A stretch of DNA of 64,000 nucleotides from Aeromonadales bacterium. Its GTDB lineage: Bacteria > Pseudomonadota > Gammaproteobacteria > Enterobacterales > Aeromonadaceae. Made by a program: the position numbers and the translations under genes. How positions within the stretch are numbered: the stretch's first letter is position 1; every line of letters begins with the position of its first letter. The stretch is taken from positions 6,791 through 70,790 of the forward strand of contig JAAYRH010000079.1 in assembly GCA_012518835.1 (NCBI GenBank), written 5' to 3'. This document shows positions 1-8,859 of this stretch, piece after piece. The notes beneath the pieces are model-generated. The model ran no database searches. It was given only the letters and a program-made list of their open reading frames with translations, and was not told where the DNA came from.

Positions 1-2
1 AG

Positions 3-491
3 GGAAATTTTCGGGAAGATCTATTTTATCGCTTAAACGTAGTGAATTTAAATCTACCTGCTTTACAAGAGCGACCCGAAGATATCCCTTTATTAGCTCG
101 CCAAGCGCTAGAACAACTTAAACAACGCCAATCAACGCAAGTGACCGGTTTTGCCCCCGAAGCACTATCGATGCTGGCTGCCGCTTCTTGGCCAGGTAAT
201 GTGCGCCAATTGCTCAACGTAGTAGAGCAAGCGGTGGCCATGTCTTCGGCGCCGGTCATTAACGTACAATTGCTTGAAAGCATACTGGCAGATAAGGGAG
301 AAGAGTTTCCTACTTTTAATGAAGCTCGCGCAGAGTTTGAGCGCTTATATCTGCATAAAATTCTGCGCATGACCGAGGGCAATGTTAGCCAAGCTGCAGG
401 CTTAGCGGGACGCAACAGAACCGACTTTTATAAACTGCTTAACCGACATGGTATTGAAGCCGGACTTTATAAAGAAAAGCGTTCTCGCTAA
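3..491 (+). CDS. glrR: sigma54-dependent response regulator GlrR/QseF family, 3' part only (5' truncated by window)
   Basis: Open frame from base 3: FREDLFYRLNV, WPGNVRQL, and a C-terminal Fis-type HTH (GNVSQAAGLAGRNRTDFYKLL) typical of GlrR. Confidence 0.85.
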   Translation, partial: GNFREDLFYRLNVVNLNLPALQERPEDIPLLARQALEQLKQRQSTQVTGFAPEALSMLAAASWPGNVRQLLNVVEQAVAMSSAPVINVQLLESILADKGEEFPTFNEARAEFERLYLHKILRMTEGNVSQAAGLAGRNRTDFYKLLNRHGIEAGLYKEKRSR

Positions 492-619
492 AAAGCCCAC
501 AACGCTGGCTATACTGCACCACTTAGTGTTAGCGCAGAAGCCTTAATAATATCCCTTGCGCTAGCCCGTTAAACTAGCTGCTCGGTTCATCTTTATCATT
601 AATAAAAATGGAGTAATCA

Positions 620-1081
620 ATGGACAATCAGGCATGGGCACTGTGTTTTCTTGATGAAGGAGTTGCTTTATCGGTCATTGATCGTAAAGAAACCCGTTGC
701 CAGTGGCTGAGTGATAAAGAACATGCCCAAGAATATATATTAGAAGATTATGTGAGTTACGTAGCCGAGCTAGGTGAGCTAGACAACGAGCAAATGGCCG
801 GCGCTCGCGAACGTTTTTCCCTCTTGATGGAGCAGTATCCGGATCCACAAGTGCTAACGGAATACCTTAACGATCTTACCGTGGATCTCACGCGGATCTT
901 ATGGTTTGGCTCACTACAGTCTTTGGCCCAAGATTATAGCGACTTTCCGCTGGCGCTGCGGGCTTACTATTGGCAAGAATATGGGGAAGGTGATGAAGAT
1001 CCTGTTACGCCTGTTATCGAAGATGATTGGATCTACTTGGTAGAAGCGATGGACGACTTCTTATTACAAGAGGATTATTGA
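620..1081 (+). CDS. hypothetical strongly acidic protein (153 aa)
   Basis: ATG with GGAG RBS; about 35 D/E versus 8 K/R by hand count; no family recognised. Confidence 0.85.
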   Translation: MDNQAWALCFLDEGVALSVIDRKETRCQWLSDKEHAQEYILEDYVSYVAELGELDNEQMAGARERFSLLMEQYPDPQVLTEYLNDLTVDLTRILWFGSLQSLAQDYSDFPLALRAYYWQEYGEGDEDPVTPVIEDDWIYLVEAMDDFLLQEDY

Positions 1082-1148
1082 TGTGGGGAGCTTGGCACAG
1101 TTATTCTGTGTTTATATGCAGTGATATGAGTCGGCCAAGGAAGCATCT

Positions 1149-3107
1149 GTGATTGTTTACATAGCGGAAAAGCCCAGTGTCGGTCGAGCAGTGGCGGCGG
1201 TGCTGCCAAAACCTCATCAGCAAGGGGACGGTTTTATTAAAGTCGGCACCGGTGACGTGGTTACTTGGTGTATTGGTCATCTATTAGAACAGGCTGAGCC
1301 TGAAGCTTATAACCCCGACTTTAAAAAGTGGCGAAAAGAGCATTTACCCATTGTTCCGGACGAATGGAAGCACAGGGTTAAGCCGGCTACTAAAAAGCAA
1401 TTTAACGTGGTCAAAAAGCTCGTTAAACAAGCCAGTGTATTAGTGAATATGGGCGACCCAGATCGGGTGGGGCAAATTTTAGTTGATGAGATTATTAACT
1501 ATTGCCAGATACCAAAAGCAAAACGACTTGCAGCTAAGCGTTGCCTAATTAGTGATCTTAACCCCGATGCCATTAGGCGCTCTTTAGCGAACTTGCGCTT
1601 GAACAGTGAGTTTATTCCGCTCGCAACCTCGGCACTGGCTCGTGCTCGCGCCGACTGGCTCTATGGTATTAATATGACCCGGCTGTGTACGCTGCAGGGG
1701 CAAGCCGCAGGCTATCAAGGAGTATTATCGGTAGGACGTGTGCAAACGCCGATCTTAGGGTTAGTGGTGCATAGAGACTTAGCCATTGAGCGCTTTGTCT
1801 CTAAACCTTTTTATGAGGTTTTTATTGAGCTGACGACCCAGCGTAAGCAAACCTATATGGCGAAATGGCAGCCTAGCAGCGCCTGCGAACCTTATATGGA
1901 TGAAGAAGGGCGGGTGCTATTAAAAAAGCTGGCAACCACGGTCTTAACAAAAGTGGTGGGCCAGCCGGGTGAAGTGATAGCAGTGCGCCAAAGCCGCAAG
2001 CAACAAGCACCGCCTTTGCCGTATAACCTCTCGTCCTTGCAAATTGATGCCTCGAAACGATTTAACTTCACTGCGCAAAAAACCCTAGATATTTGTCAGC
2101 AGCTCTATGAAAGACATAAGCTCATTACTTATCCGCGCTCCGATTGTCGCTACTTACCTAGCGGTCATTATCAAGATAAAATAACGGTCACTCAAGCCAT
2201 TAGTAAAACCTGCCCTGGGTTAGGGAAAGTAGTCAACGACGCAGACTTATCCCTTAAGTCTAAAGCCTGGAATGACACTAAAGTGGGCGCTCATCACGCC
2301 ATTATTCCCACCAGCCGAGCCAGTGAGCACAGTCGACTTTCTCAAGATGAACAACGTATTTATGAGCTAGTAGCCAGACAGTATTTAATGCAATTTTACC
2401 CCGCCTTTCAGTACCAAGAGAAGCAAATTGACACTCAAGTTAGCGGGGGACTGTTTGTTAGTAAGCAAGCACAAGAAATAGATAAAGGCTGGAAAGCTTT
2501 ATTGCCGAAAAGAGCCTCCGATAATAAGTCCTCTGCACAAGAAACGGATTTTGCTGCGCTAAACCTCCCCGAGGTGGTGAAAGGGGAGACAGTACAATGT
2601 ACTGATGGTCGTCTCGATGAAAAGCAAACCAGTCCTCCTCGTCACTTTAGTGATGCAACATTATTAGCCGCTATGACCGGTATTGCCAGGTTTGTCGCCG
2701 ATCCTGAAATTAAAAAAGTGCTGCGAGATACCGACGGTTTAGGTACCGAGGCCACACGTGCTGGCATTATAGAGCTGTTGTTTAAGCGTGGGTTTTTAAC
2801 TAAGCAAGGTAAAGAAATCCAGGCTACCCAAGTCGGGCGACAACTGATTTTATCTCTTCCTCAAGAAATGACCTTGCCCGATATGACCGCCCAATGGGAG
2901 GCTCAGCTAGAGGCGATTGCGGAACAGCGCATTAAGTACCGTCAGTTTATGGAGCCCTTGTTAGTGGGATTAGAGCGCTTAATTAAAGAAGTAGAACAAA
3001 TTCCTTTTAGTGGCCTTAACGGAATGGGTAAGGCGTCGCGTAAATTCGGTGCTAAAAAAGCCCGGACAAGCCGGGCTAAAAAAACGAGTTCAAGTCGACC
3101 TAGCTAG
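1149..3107 (+). CDS. topB: DNA topoisomerase III
   Basis: IAEKPSVG TOPRIM start, GDPDR(V)G, SVGRVQTP, catalytic LITYPRSD, GLGTEATRA; about 650 aa with a basic tail. Confidence 0.95.
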   Translation: MIVYIAEKPSVGRAVAAVLPKPHQQGDGFIKVGTGDVVTWCIGHLLEQAEPEAYNPDFKKWRKEHLPIVPDEWKHRVKPATKKQFNVVKKLVKQASVLVNMGDPDRVGQILVDEIINYCQIPKAKRLAAKRCLISDLNPDAIRRSLANLRLNSEFIPLATSALARARADWLYGINMTRLCTLQGQAAGYQGVLSVGRVQTPILGLVVHRDLAIERFVSKPFYEVFIELTTQRKQTYMAKWQPSSACEPYMDEEGRVLLKKLATTVLTKVVGQPGEVIAVRQSRKQQAPPLPYNLSSLQIDASKRFNFTAQKTLDICQQLYERHKLITYPRSDCRYLPSGHYQDKITVTQAISKTCPGLGKVVNDADLSLKSKAWNDTKVGAHHAIIPTSRASEHSRLSQDEQRIYELVARQYLMQFYPAFQYQEKQIDTQVSGGLFVSKQAQEIDKGWKALLPKRASDNKSSAQETDFAALNLPEVVKGETVQCTDGRLDEKQTSPPRHFSDATLLAAMTGIARFVADPEIKKVLRDTDGLGTEATRAGIIELLFKRGFLTKQGKEIQATQVGRQLILSLPQEMTLPDMTAQWEAQLEAIAEQRIKYRQFMEPLLVGLERLIKEVEQIPFSGLNGMGKASRKFGAKKARTSRAKKTSSSRPS

Positions 3108-3112
3108 GAGAG

Positions 3113-4780
3113 TTACGACTCTTTTATAAGAGGGATTAACGGGGCATAACCAGCAGCTGCCATGTCGGCGAGGGGAATAAACTTTAATGCTGCGCCATTA
3201 ATGCAATAACGTAAACCACCTCGGTCTCGAGGTCCGTCGTTAAACACATGACCCAAGTGGGAGTCGGCAGCGCGGGAGCGCACTTCAATGCGGCGCATAT
3301 TAAAGCTGTTATCGGCGTGCTCGGTGACCACCTGAGCTGCTAAGGGCTGAGTAAAGCTTGGCCAGCCACAGCGGCCGTCGTATTTATCATTGGATAAAAA
3401 TAATGGCTCGCCACTCACTACGTCTACATACAGGCCGGGTGCAAATAACTGATCGTATTCATGGCTATAAGCACGCTCTGTGCCTGACTGTTGAGTAATA
3501 TAATACTGTTGTTTAGTAAGTTGGCTTTTATCGGTGTTCTGATAACGGCTTACTTCCAGTAATTCCTCAATACTTTGGGCTGCGCCTTCCTCTTCGGGTA
3601 ATGGTACATCGGCTAAACGTAAGTCGATGTGACAGTAACCATTCGGGTTTTTGGCTAAATAATCTTGATGATATTCTTCTGCCTCGTAAAAATTCTCTAG
3701 TGGCGTAGTTTCTACCACGATGGGCTTATTATATTTAGCTTGCTGCTCTTTCATTGCCGTTTCAATAACAGCACTATCGGCGGGGTCAGTAGCATAAATA
3801 CCGGTGCGATACTGCACGCCACGATCATTGCCTTGACGGTTCAAGCTGGTGGGATCAATCACTCGGAAATAGTGCTTTAATAACGTCGCCAGCGAAATTC
3901 GATCTGCGTCGTAGGTAACTTTAACGGTTTCAGCATGGCCAGAGCCGCGGATCACTTCGTCATAAGTGGGATTGGCTTTTTCGCCATTGGCATAACCCGA
4001 TACCGCATCGGCTACGCCGTCAATACGCTCCATATAAGCCTCTAAGCCCCAAAAGCAGCCACCGGCTAAATAGATAGTGCGCGCATTAATGGGTAATCCT
4101 TTGGAATTATAATAAACACCGTCTTTTTTCTGACCAGCTTTCTCGGCGCTAGGTTGTGGATTAGCACGAGGTGCTGGCGCCAATGCCAAAGTAGTAAAGT
4201 TATCTTTAGCCGCATTAGCCAACTCCAGCGCTTGTTGAGAGCTAATATTGCCTTTGTGCAGTTGTATCAGCTTGCCTGATTTATCTAGTACCGCCCAGCT
4301 TGGGTAAACTTGTACTCCTAACCCTTTGATTAAACGTCCTGAATCATCGATTAATACTGGCAGCTGTGGGTAGTCTTTTTGTACCACGCTATACCAGTTG
4401 CTAAAGGGCTTAGTGGCCTTCTCGCCTAATTGACCGGGGCTGGCTAGCGTCACTAGATTAAGATCAGCAAAAGCGGGGTCTTGGCGCCAGGTTTCTGTTT
4501 CTTCCAAGGTGCTTAAACACAAAGGGCACCAGCTGGCCCAAAACTTGACAAGAGTTGGCTTATTAGAGTTGAGCAGCTCATCGCCTGTTTTGCCTAACCC
4601 TGTGGTGAGTTGTGGCAGTGATTTTAACTGGCGCAGTAGCTCGGCTGACGACAGGGGCGCAGAAGAAACTGATTGGGGAGTGTTGGCAACGACGGGGCCA
4701 GACACACTAAGCAGTGGCATGCTAACCCCTAAGGCCAACACGCCTACGTGCCACCAAGTAGAAAGACGGTATCTAGACAT
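3113..4780 (-). CDS. msrAB: signal peptide + thioredoxin-like domain + MsrA + MsrB fusion (PilB-type methionine sulfoxide reductase)
   Basis: FWASWCPLC (Trx), GGCFWG and [16 protein letters not shown] (MsrA), CGWPSF, HLGHVF and RYCING (MsrB). Confidence 0.95.
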   Translation of the reverse strand: MSRYRLSTWWHVGVLALGVSMPLLSVSGPVVANTPQSVSSAPLSSAELLRQLKSLPQLTTGLGKTGDELLNSNKPTLVKFWASWCPLCLSTLEETETWRQDPAFADLNLVTLASPGQLGEKATKPFSNWYSVVQKDYPQLPVLIDDSGRLIKGLGVQVYPSWAVLDKSGKLIQLHKGNISSQQALELANAAKDNFTTLALAPAPRANPQPSAEKAGQKKDGVYYNSKGLPINARTIYLAGGCFWGLEAYMERIDGVADAVSGYANGEKANPTYDEVIRGSGHAETVKVTYDADRISLATLLKHYFRVIDPTSLNRQGNDRGVQYRTGIYATDPADSAVIETAMKEQQAKYNKPIVVETTPLENFYEAEEYHQDYLAKNPNGYCHIDLRLADVPLPEEEGAAQSIEELLEVSRYQNTDKSQLTKQQYYITQQSGTERAYSHEYDQLFAPGLYVDVVSGEPLFLSNDKYDGRCGWPSFTQPLAAQVVTEHADNSFNMRRIEVRSRAADSHLGHVFNDGPRDRGGLRYCINGAALKFIPLADMAAAGYAPLIPLIKES

Positions 4781-4987
4781 TAAGTATCCTTATGAGCTGG
4801 GGGCCTAGGCCGACCCTAAACTGTGAGAAAAGAGTGAAAAGTAGGCTGTAGAGATTTTTTACCTATTTGCAGAGAAAGGCAACTGCTAATTTTTGCGCTC
4901 TGAGCGGTATTAAAAAATAGGCCGCATTATCCCAGCGGTGGTTAACTTAAGGTACACTGGCTGCGCATTTTTTTAAGGAACATCATC

Positions 4988-6022
4988 ATGTCTCTCACCG
5001 CTGCATCACTCATCCCATATAACACCTTCGGCCTTGAACAAAACGCCGAACAACTGGTGGTTTTACATGATCGCCAACAACTATTAGAAGTGTGGCAAGC
5101 TTATTCATCTATGCCTTTATTGGTGGTAGGGGAAGGTTCTAATTTGCTATTTACTGCTCCCGTCAGCAGCTTGGTAATAGTGAACCGTCTTAAAGGTATT
5201 AAGGTAACCGAAGTTGAGGATGCGTGGTTGCTAGAGATAGCGGGCGGAGAGAACTGGCATCAACTGGTGTGTTGGACCTTGGTTGAAAATATGCCAGGAC
5301 TAGAAAACCTAGCGTTAATCCCAGGCACCGTTGGCGCTTCACCGATCCAGAATATTGGCGCCTATGGCGTGGAGCTTGCGCAGTTTTGCCAGCAAGTAGA
5401 AAGCTTTGATTGGCGTACAGGACAAGTTCACCAGTGGACGGCGGCAGAGTGTGAATTTGGGTATCGCGATAGTGTGTTTAAGCATCAAGCGCGTGAGCAC
5501 CTTATTTTAAGCGTGACCTTGCGCTTACCTAAAGCATGGCAGCCGGTACTAGGCTATGGTCCTTTAGCTAAATTAGGGGGAAGCGCCACAGCGCAACAAG
5601 TATTTGAGCAAGTGTGTGCTACTCGCCAAGCTAAATTGCCAGATCCTGCTGTGTTAGGTAATGCCGGCAGCTTTTTCAAAAACCCCAAAGTCGTCACCGC
5701 ACAAGCCCAAGCTCTACAATTGGCGTGGCCACAATTACCCGTATTTGCCGCTGAGCCTGGAGTTAGTAAATTAGCCGCCGGCTGGCTGATTGATAAGGCG
5801 GGCTTAAAAGGCACACGAGTAGGCGGCGCCGGCGTGCATACCGAGCAAGCCTTAGTGCTAGTGAATCATGGGGGGGCCACAGCAGAAGATGTCTTGCGTT
5901 TAGCTGGCCGGGTGCGCGAACGAGTTGAGCAGTTATTTGGTGTACGGCTAGAGCCTGAAGTGCGCATGATAGGGGCCGCAGGAGAAACTAATTTAGATGA
6001 GGCATTAGCATGTCTGAGCTGA
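4988..6022 (+). CDS. murB: UDP-N-acetylenolpyruvoylglucosamine reductase
   Basis: GEGSN, GLENLALIPGTVGASPIQNIGAYG, GNAGSFFKNP, LEPEV. Confidence 0.97.
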   Translation: MSLTAASLIPYNTFGLEQNAEQLVVLHDRQQLLEVWQAYSSMPLLVVGEGSNLLFTAPVSSLVIVNRLKGIKVTEVEDAWLLEIAGGENWHQLVCWTLVENMPGLENLALIPGTVGASPIQNIGAYGVELAQFCQQVESFDWRTGQVHQWTAAECEFGYRDSVFKHQAREHLILSVTLRLPKAWQPVLGYGPLAKLGGSATAQQVFEQVCATRQAKLPDPAVLGNAGSFFKNPKVVTAQAQALQLAWPQLPVFAAEPGVSKLAAGWLIDKAGLKGTRVGGAGVHTEQALVLVNHGGATAEDVLRLAGRVRERVEQLFGVRLEPEVRMIGAAGETNLDEALACLS

Positions 6023-6981
6023 CGCCCCCCCGGGCTAAACTACTGACTTTATTAGCCGATGGCGAATGTCACTCGGGTGAACAGCTCGGTAAAGCTTTAT
6101 CCATGAGCCGCATGGCGGTAAGTAAGCATATTCAGGTGCTTAAATCTTTTGGCTTAGCCATTTCCAGTGTGAGTGGTAAAGGCTATCAGTTAGCTGCGCC
6201 TTTACAGCTCTTAGATGAAACTGTATTACGTCAAGCGCTTAAGCCTAATCGAGTAGAAGTGATCCCGGTAATTGAGTCTACGAATGCCCACTGGATGGCC
6301 TTATTGGACCAGCTAAACAAAGGCGATATTTGTGTGGCAGAATGCCAAACGGCCGGCCGAGGTCGTCGAGGCCGAGTGTGGATCTCGCCTTTTGGCGGGC
6401 AACTGATCATGAGTATGTATTGGCAACTAGAGCAAGGAATGGCCGCCGCCATGGGCTTAAGTTTAGTAGTGGGGATTGCTATCACTGAAACGCTAACTGA
6501 CTTAGGCTTTACTGGGGTACGGCTTAAGTGGCCAAATGATCTGTACTTAGAAGGGCGCAAGCTGGCAGGAATTTTAGTCGAAATGGCTGGCACGGCCGGT
6601 GGCCCCTGCCATTTAGTCATTGGGATAGGGCTTAATTTATTGCTCCCTAAAGCGGAGCAAGCCCGAATTAGTCAGCCGTGGGCTGAATTAGCAGAGCTGG
6701 GGCCTGTTATAGATCGCAATCAATTATTAATCGCCTTAAGCCAAGGTTTACAGCGTAGTTTACAGCAGTTTGAACGCTCGGGAATGGCATCATTTCGTGA
6801 GCAGTGGAATCGCTTAGACTACTTTAATGGTAAGCCGGTGATGGTTCAGTTGGGTGAGCGCAGTATCAGCGGGATCGCCCGCGGTATTGATGAGCAAGGT
6901 GCTTTATTACTAGAGAGTGAGCATGGAGTGCAGCGCTTTGTGGGCGGCGAAGTCTCACTACGCGGACAAAAATCAGGGTAA
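6010..6981 (+). CDS. birA: bifunctional biotin-[acetyl-CoA carboxylase] ligase / biotin operon repressor
   Basis: N-terminal HTH (HSGEQLG), QTAGRGRRGR, KWPND, KLAGILVE. Confidence 0.97.
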   Translation: MSELTPPRAKLLTLLADGECHSGEQLGKALSMSRMAVSKHIQVLKSFGLAISSVSGKGYQLAAPLQLLDETVLRQALKPNRVEVIPVIESTNAHWMALLDQLNKGDICVAECQTAGRGRRGRVWISPFGGQLIMSMYWQLEQGMAAAMGLSLVVGIAITETLTDLGFTGVRLKWPNDLYLEGRKLAGILVEMAGTAGGPCHLVIGIGLNLLLPKAEQARISQPWAELAELGPVIDRNQLLIALSQGLQRSLQQFERSGMASFREQWNRLDYFNGKPVMVQLGERSISGIARGIDEQGALLLESEHGVQRFVGGEVSLRGQKSG

Positions 6982-7020
6982 GCAAGGTGTTATAAGCTGG
7001 CAAAGAGCATTGAGAGGTTG

Positions 7021-7065
7021 TGAACTGCATCAGCATAAATCGATATTTATGCTGATGCGCGTTCA
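7021..7065. other. long hairpin between convergent birA and coaA
   Basis: GCATCAGCATAAAT-CGAT-ATTTATGCTGATGC perfect 14-bp stem, extended by TGAAC/GTTCA; no adjacent U-tract. Confidence 0.75.
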
Positions 7066-7093
7066 TTGCTGATGACTTACCGCTTTTTGGTCG

Positions 7094-8038
7094 CTATTTC
7101 TTTAGCCAGATCTGATCGATCCCGTGTTCTTTGCCTTTGGTGAGTATCAGCTCAGCTCGGTCTTTAGTAGGCAAAATGTTTTTTATCAAGTTTTGGTAGT
7201 TAATAGAATGCCAAATACGACTCGCTACCATTACCGCTTCTGACTCTGATAGCGCTGCATAATGCTTAAAATACGAGTCAGGATTAGTAAAAGCACCGGA
7301 GCGTAGTTTAAGGAAGCGCTCTATATACCAGTTTTTTAATAACTGTTTATCGGCATCCACATAAATAGAAAAGTCCACAAAGTCGGAAACAAATACCCGA
7401 TGGGGTTCATGAGGGTAATCCATACCGCTTTGTAAGACATTTAACCCTTCAATAATCACTATATCCGTTTGTTCTACTACTTCTTCAGCGCCCGGCACAA
7501 TGTCATAGGTTAGGTGAGAATACACCGGTGCGCTAACGCGAGGCTTACCGGACTTTATATCGGAAACAAATTCTACCAAGCGTGTCATATCATAGGACTC
7601 AGGAAAGCCTTTTTTATCCATTAAGCCATGCTTTTTAAGAACCGCATTAGGATAGAGAAAGCCGTCGGTGGTCACTAAAGTTACTTTAGGATGCTGAGGC
7701 CAGCGCTCAAGCAGCGCTTGTAAAATACGAGCGGTGGTACTTTTGCCAACGGCGACGGAGCCGGCAATACTAATAATGTAAGGCACATGCTGGGCTTGGT
7801 TGCCCAAAAATTGATCGAGTACTCTGCTGCGGCGTTGCTTGGCTTTAATATACAGGTTTAATAAGCGAGACAGGGGTAAGTAGATATCGCTGACTTCTGC
7901 CAGGGATACCTTGTCATTAATTCCGCGTAAACGTGTTAGCTCTGCTTCACTTAAAGGCTGGTGAACGGTGGCACGCAATTTTGACCAAGTTTCGCGAGAA
8001 AAGGCCAAGTAGGGTGAGTAATTATCGATTGTCATCAA
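7094..8038 (-). CDS. coaA: type I pantothenate kinase
   Basis: [10 protein letters not shown]-loop, [23 protein letters not shown]. Confidence 0.97.
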   Translation of the reverse strand: MMTIDNYSPYLAFSRETWSKLRATVHQPLSEAELTRLRGINDKVSLAEVSDIYLPLSRLLNLYIKAKQRRSRVLDQFLGNQAQHVPYIISIAGSVAVGKSTTARILQALLERWPQHPKVTLVTTDGFLYPNAVLKKHGLMDKKGFPESYDMTRLVEFVSDIKSGKPRVSAPVYSHLTYDIVPGAEEVVEQTDIVIIEGLNVLQSGMDYPHEPHRVFVSDFVDFSIYVDADKQLLKNWYIERFLKLRSGAFTNPDSYFKHYAALSESEAVMVASRIWHSINYQNLIKNILPTKDRAELILTKGKEHGIDQIWLKK

Positions 8039-8251
8039 AGTGTCCTGTGGGCCGCTTGGCGACGATACACCATGACTTGGTGATGGACAAGATACTAAGG
8101 TGAACCGCTGGAGCTAGGTCACGGCTTAGTAAACCGACGGTTATAGTAAGTATCAGGAGTGCTAGCCTAGCGTAGGTTGCGTTAAAAAAGCACAGTTAGC
8201 TGCTTTTTTGCGCGCTTGGCTCTGTTGTTGCAAAAACTTCTGCTAAAGGTG

Positions 8252-8281
8252 TTGCATAAGGTAGCCTCCTTGGCCTAGAAT
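8252..8281 (+). promoter_or_regulatory. sigma70-type promoter of the tRNA-tuf operon
   Basis: TTGCAT-N18-TAGAAT about 20 nt upstream of tRNA-Thr. Confidence 0.65.
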
Positions 8282-8300
8282 TTGCCTCGTTCAATGCAGT

Positions 8301-8376
<76 letters not shown>

Positions 8377-8384
8377 TACAATGT

Positions 8385-8469
8385 GGAGGAGTTCCCGAGT
8401 GGTTAAAGGGATCAGACTGTAAATCTGACGGCTCAGCCTTCGTAGGTTCAAATCCTGCCTCCTCCACCA
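8385..8469 (+). tRNA. tyrU: tRNA-Tyr(GUA)
   Basis: Class II cloverleaf with long variable arm, anticodon GTA, encoded CCA. Confidence 0.96.
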
Positions 8470-8517
8470 TCATTCATTGAAGCGGTTATTAATAACAGTT
8501 TCAATAACGCAAGTTAT

Positions 8518-8592
<75 letters not shown>

Positions 8593-8610
8593 CTTACTTT
8601 AAGTAAAGCT

Positions 8611-8686
8611 GCTGATATAGCTCAGTTGGTAGAGCGCACCCTTGGTAAGGGTGAGGTCCCCAGTTCAAATCCGGGTATCAGCACCA
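8611..8686 (+). tRNA. thrT: tRNA-Thr(GGU)
   Basis: Cloverleaf, anticodon GGT, encoded CCA; one A-C mismatch in the T-stem. Confidence 0.95.
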
Positions 8687-8859
8687 CTTATCTATAAAGC
8701 GCTTCCCCCCTTTTTATAAACTCTTTCTACCTCACTTACTTAGACACTAGCTTAACTTTTAGCGACTTTTGCTGATCTTATGTCCGTTTGCTTGCTTTAT
8801 CACCTATAGCGTGCAATTGATTAAGTATCGCGTAGATACTTATTGGTGAGGATAGCGCC

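Noticed and set aside
8184-8209. A6-GCA...TGC-T6 hairpin upstream of the tRNA promoter
   Set aside because: Stem is weak apart from the A/T runs; more likely UP/FIS-type AT tracts than a terminator; cannot assign
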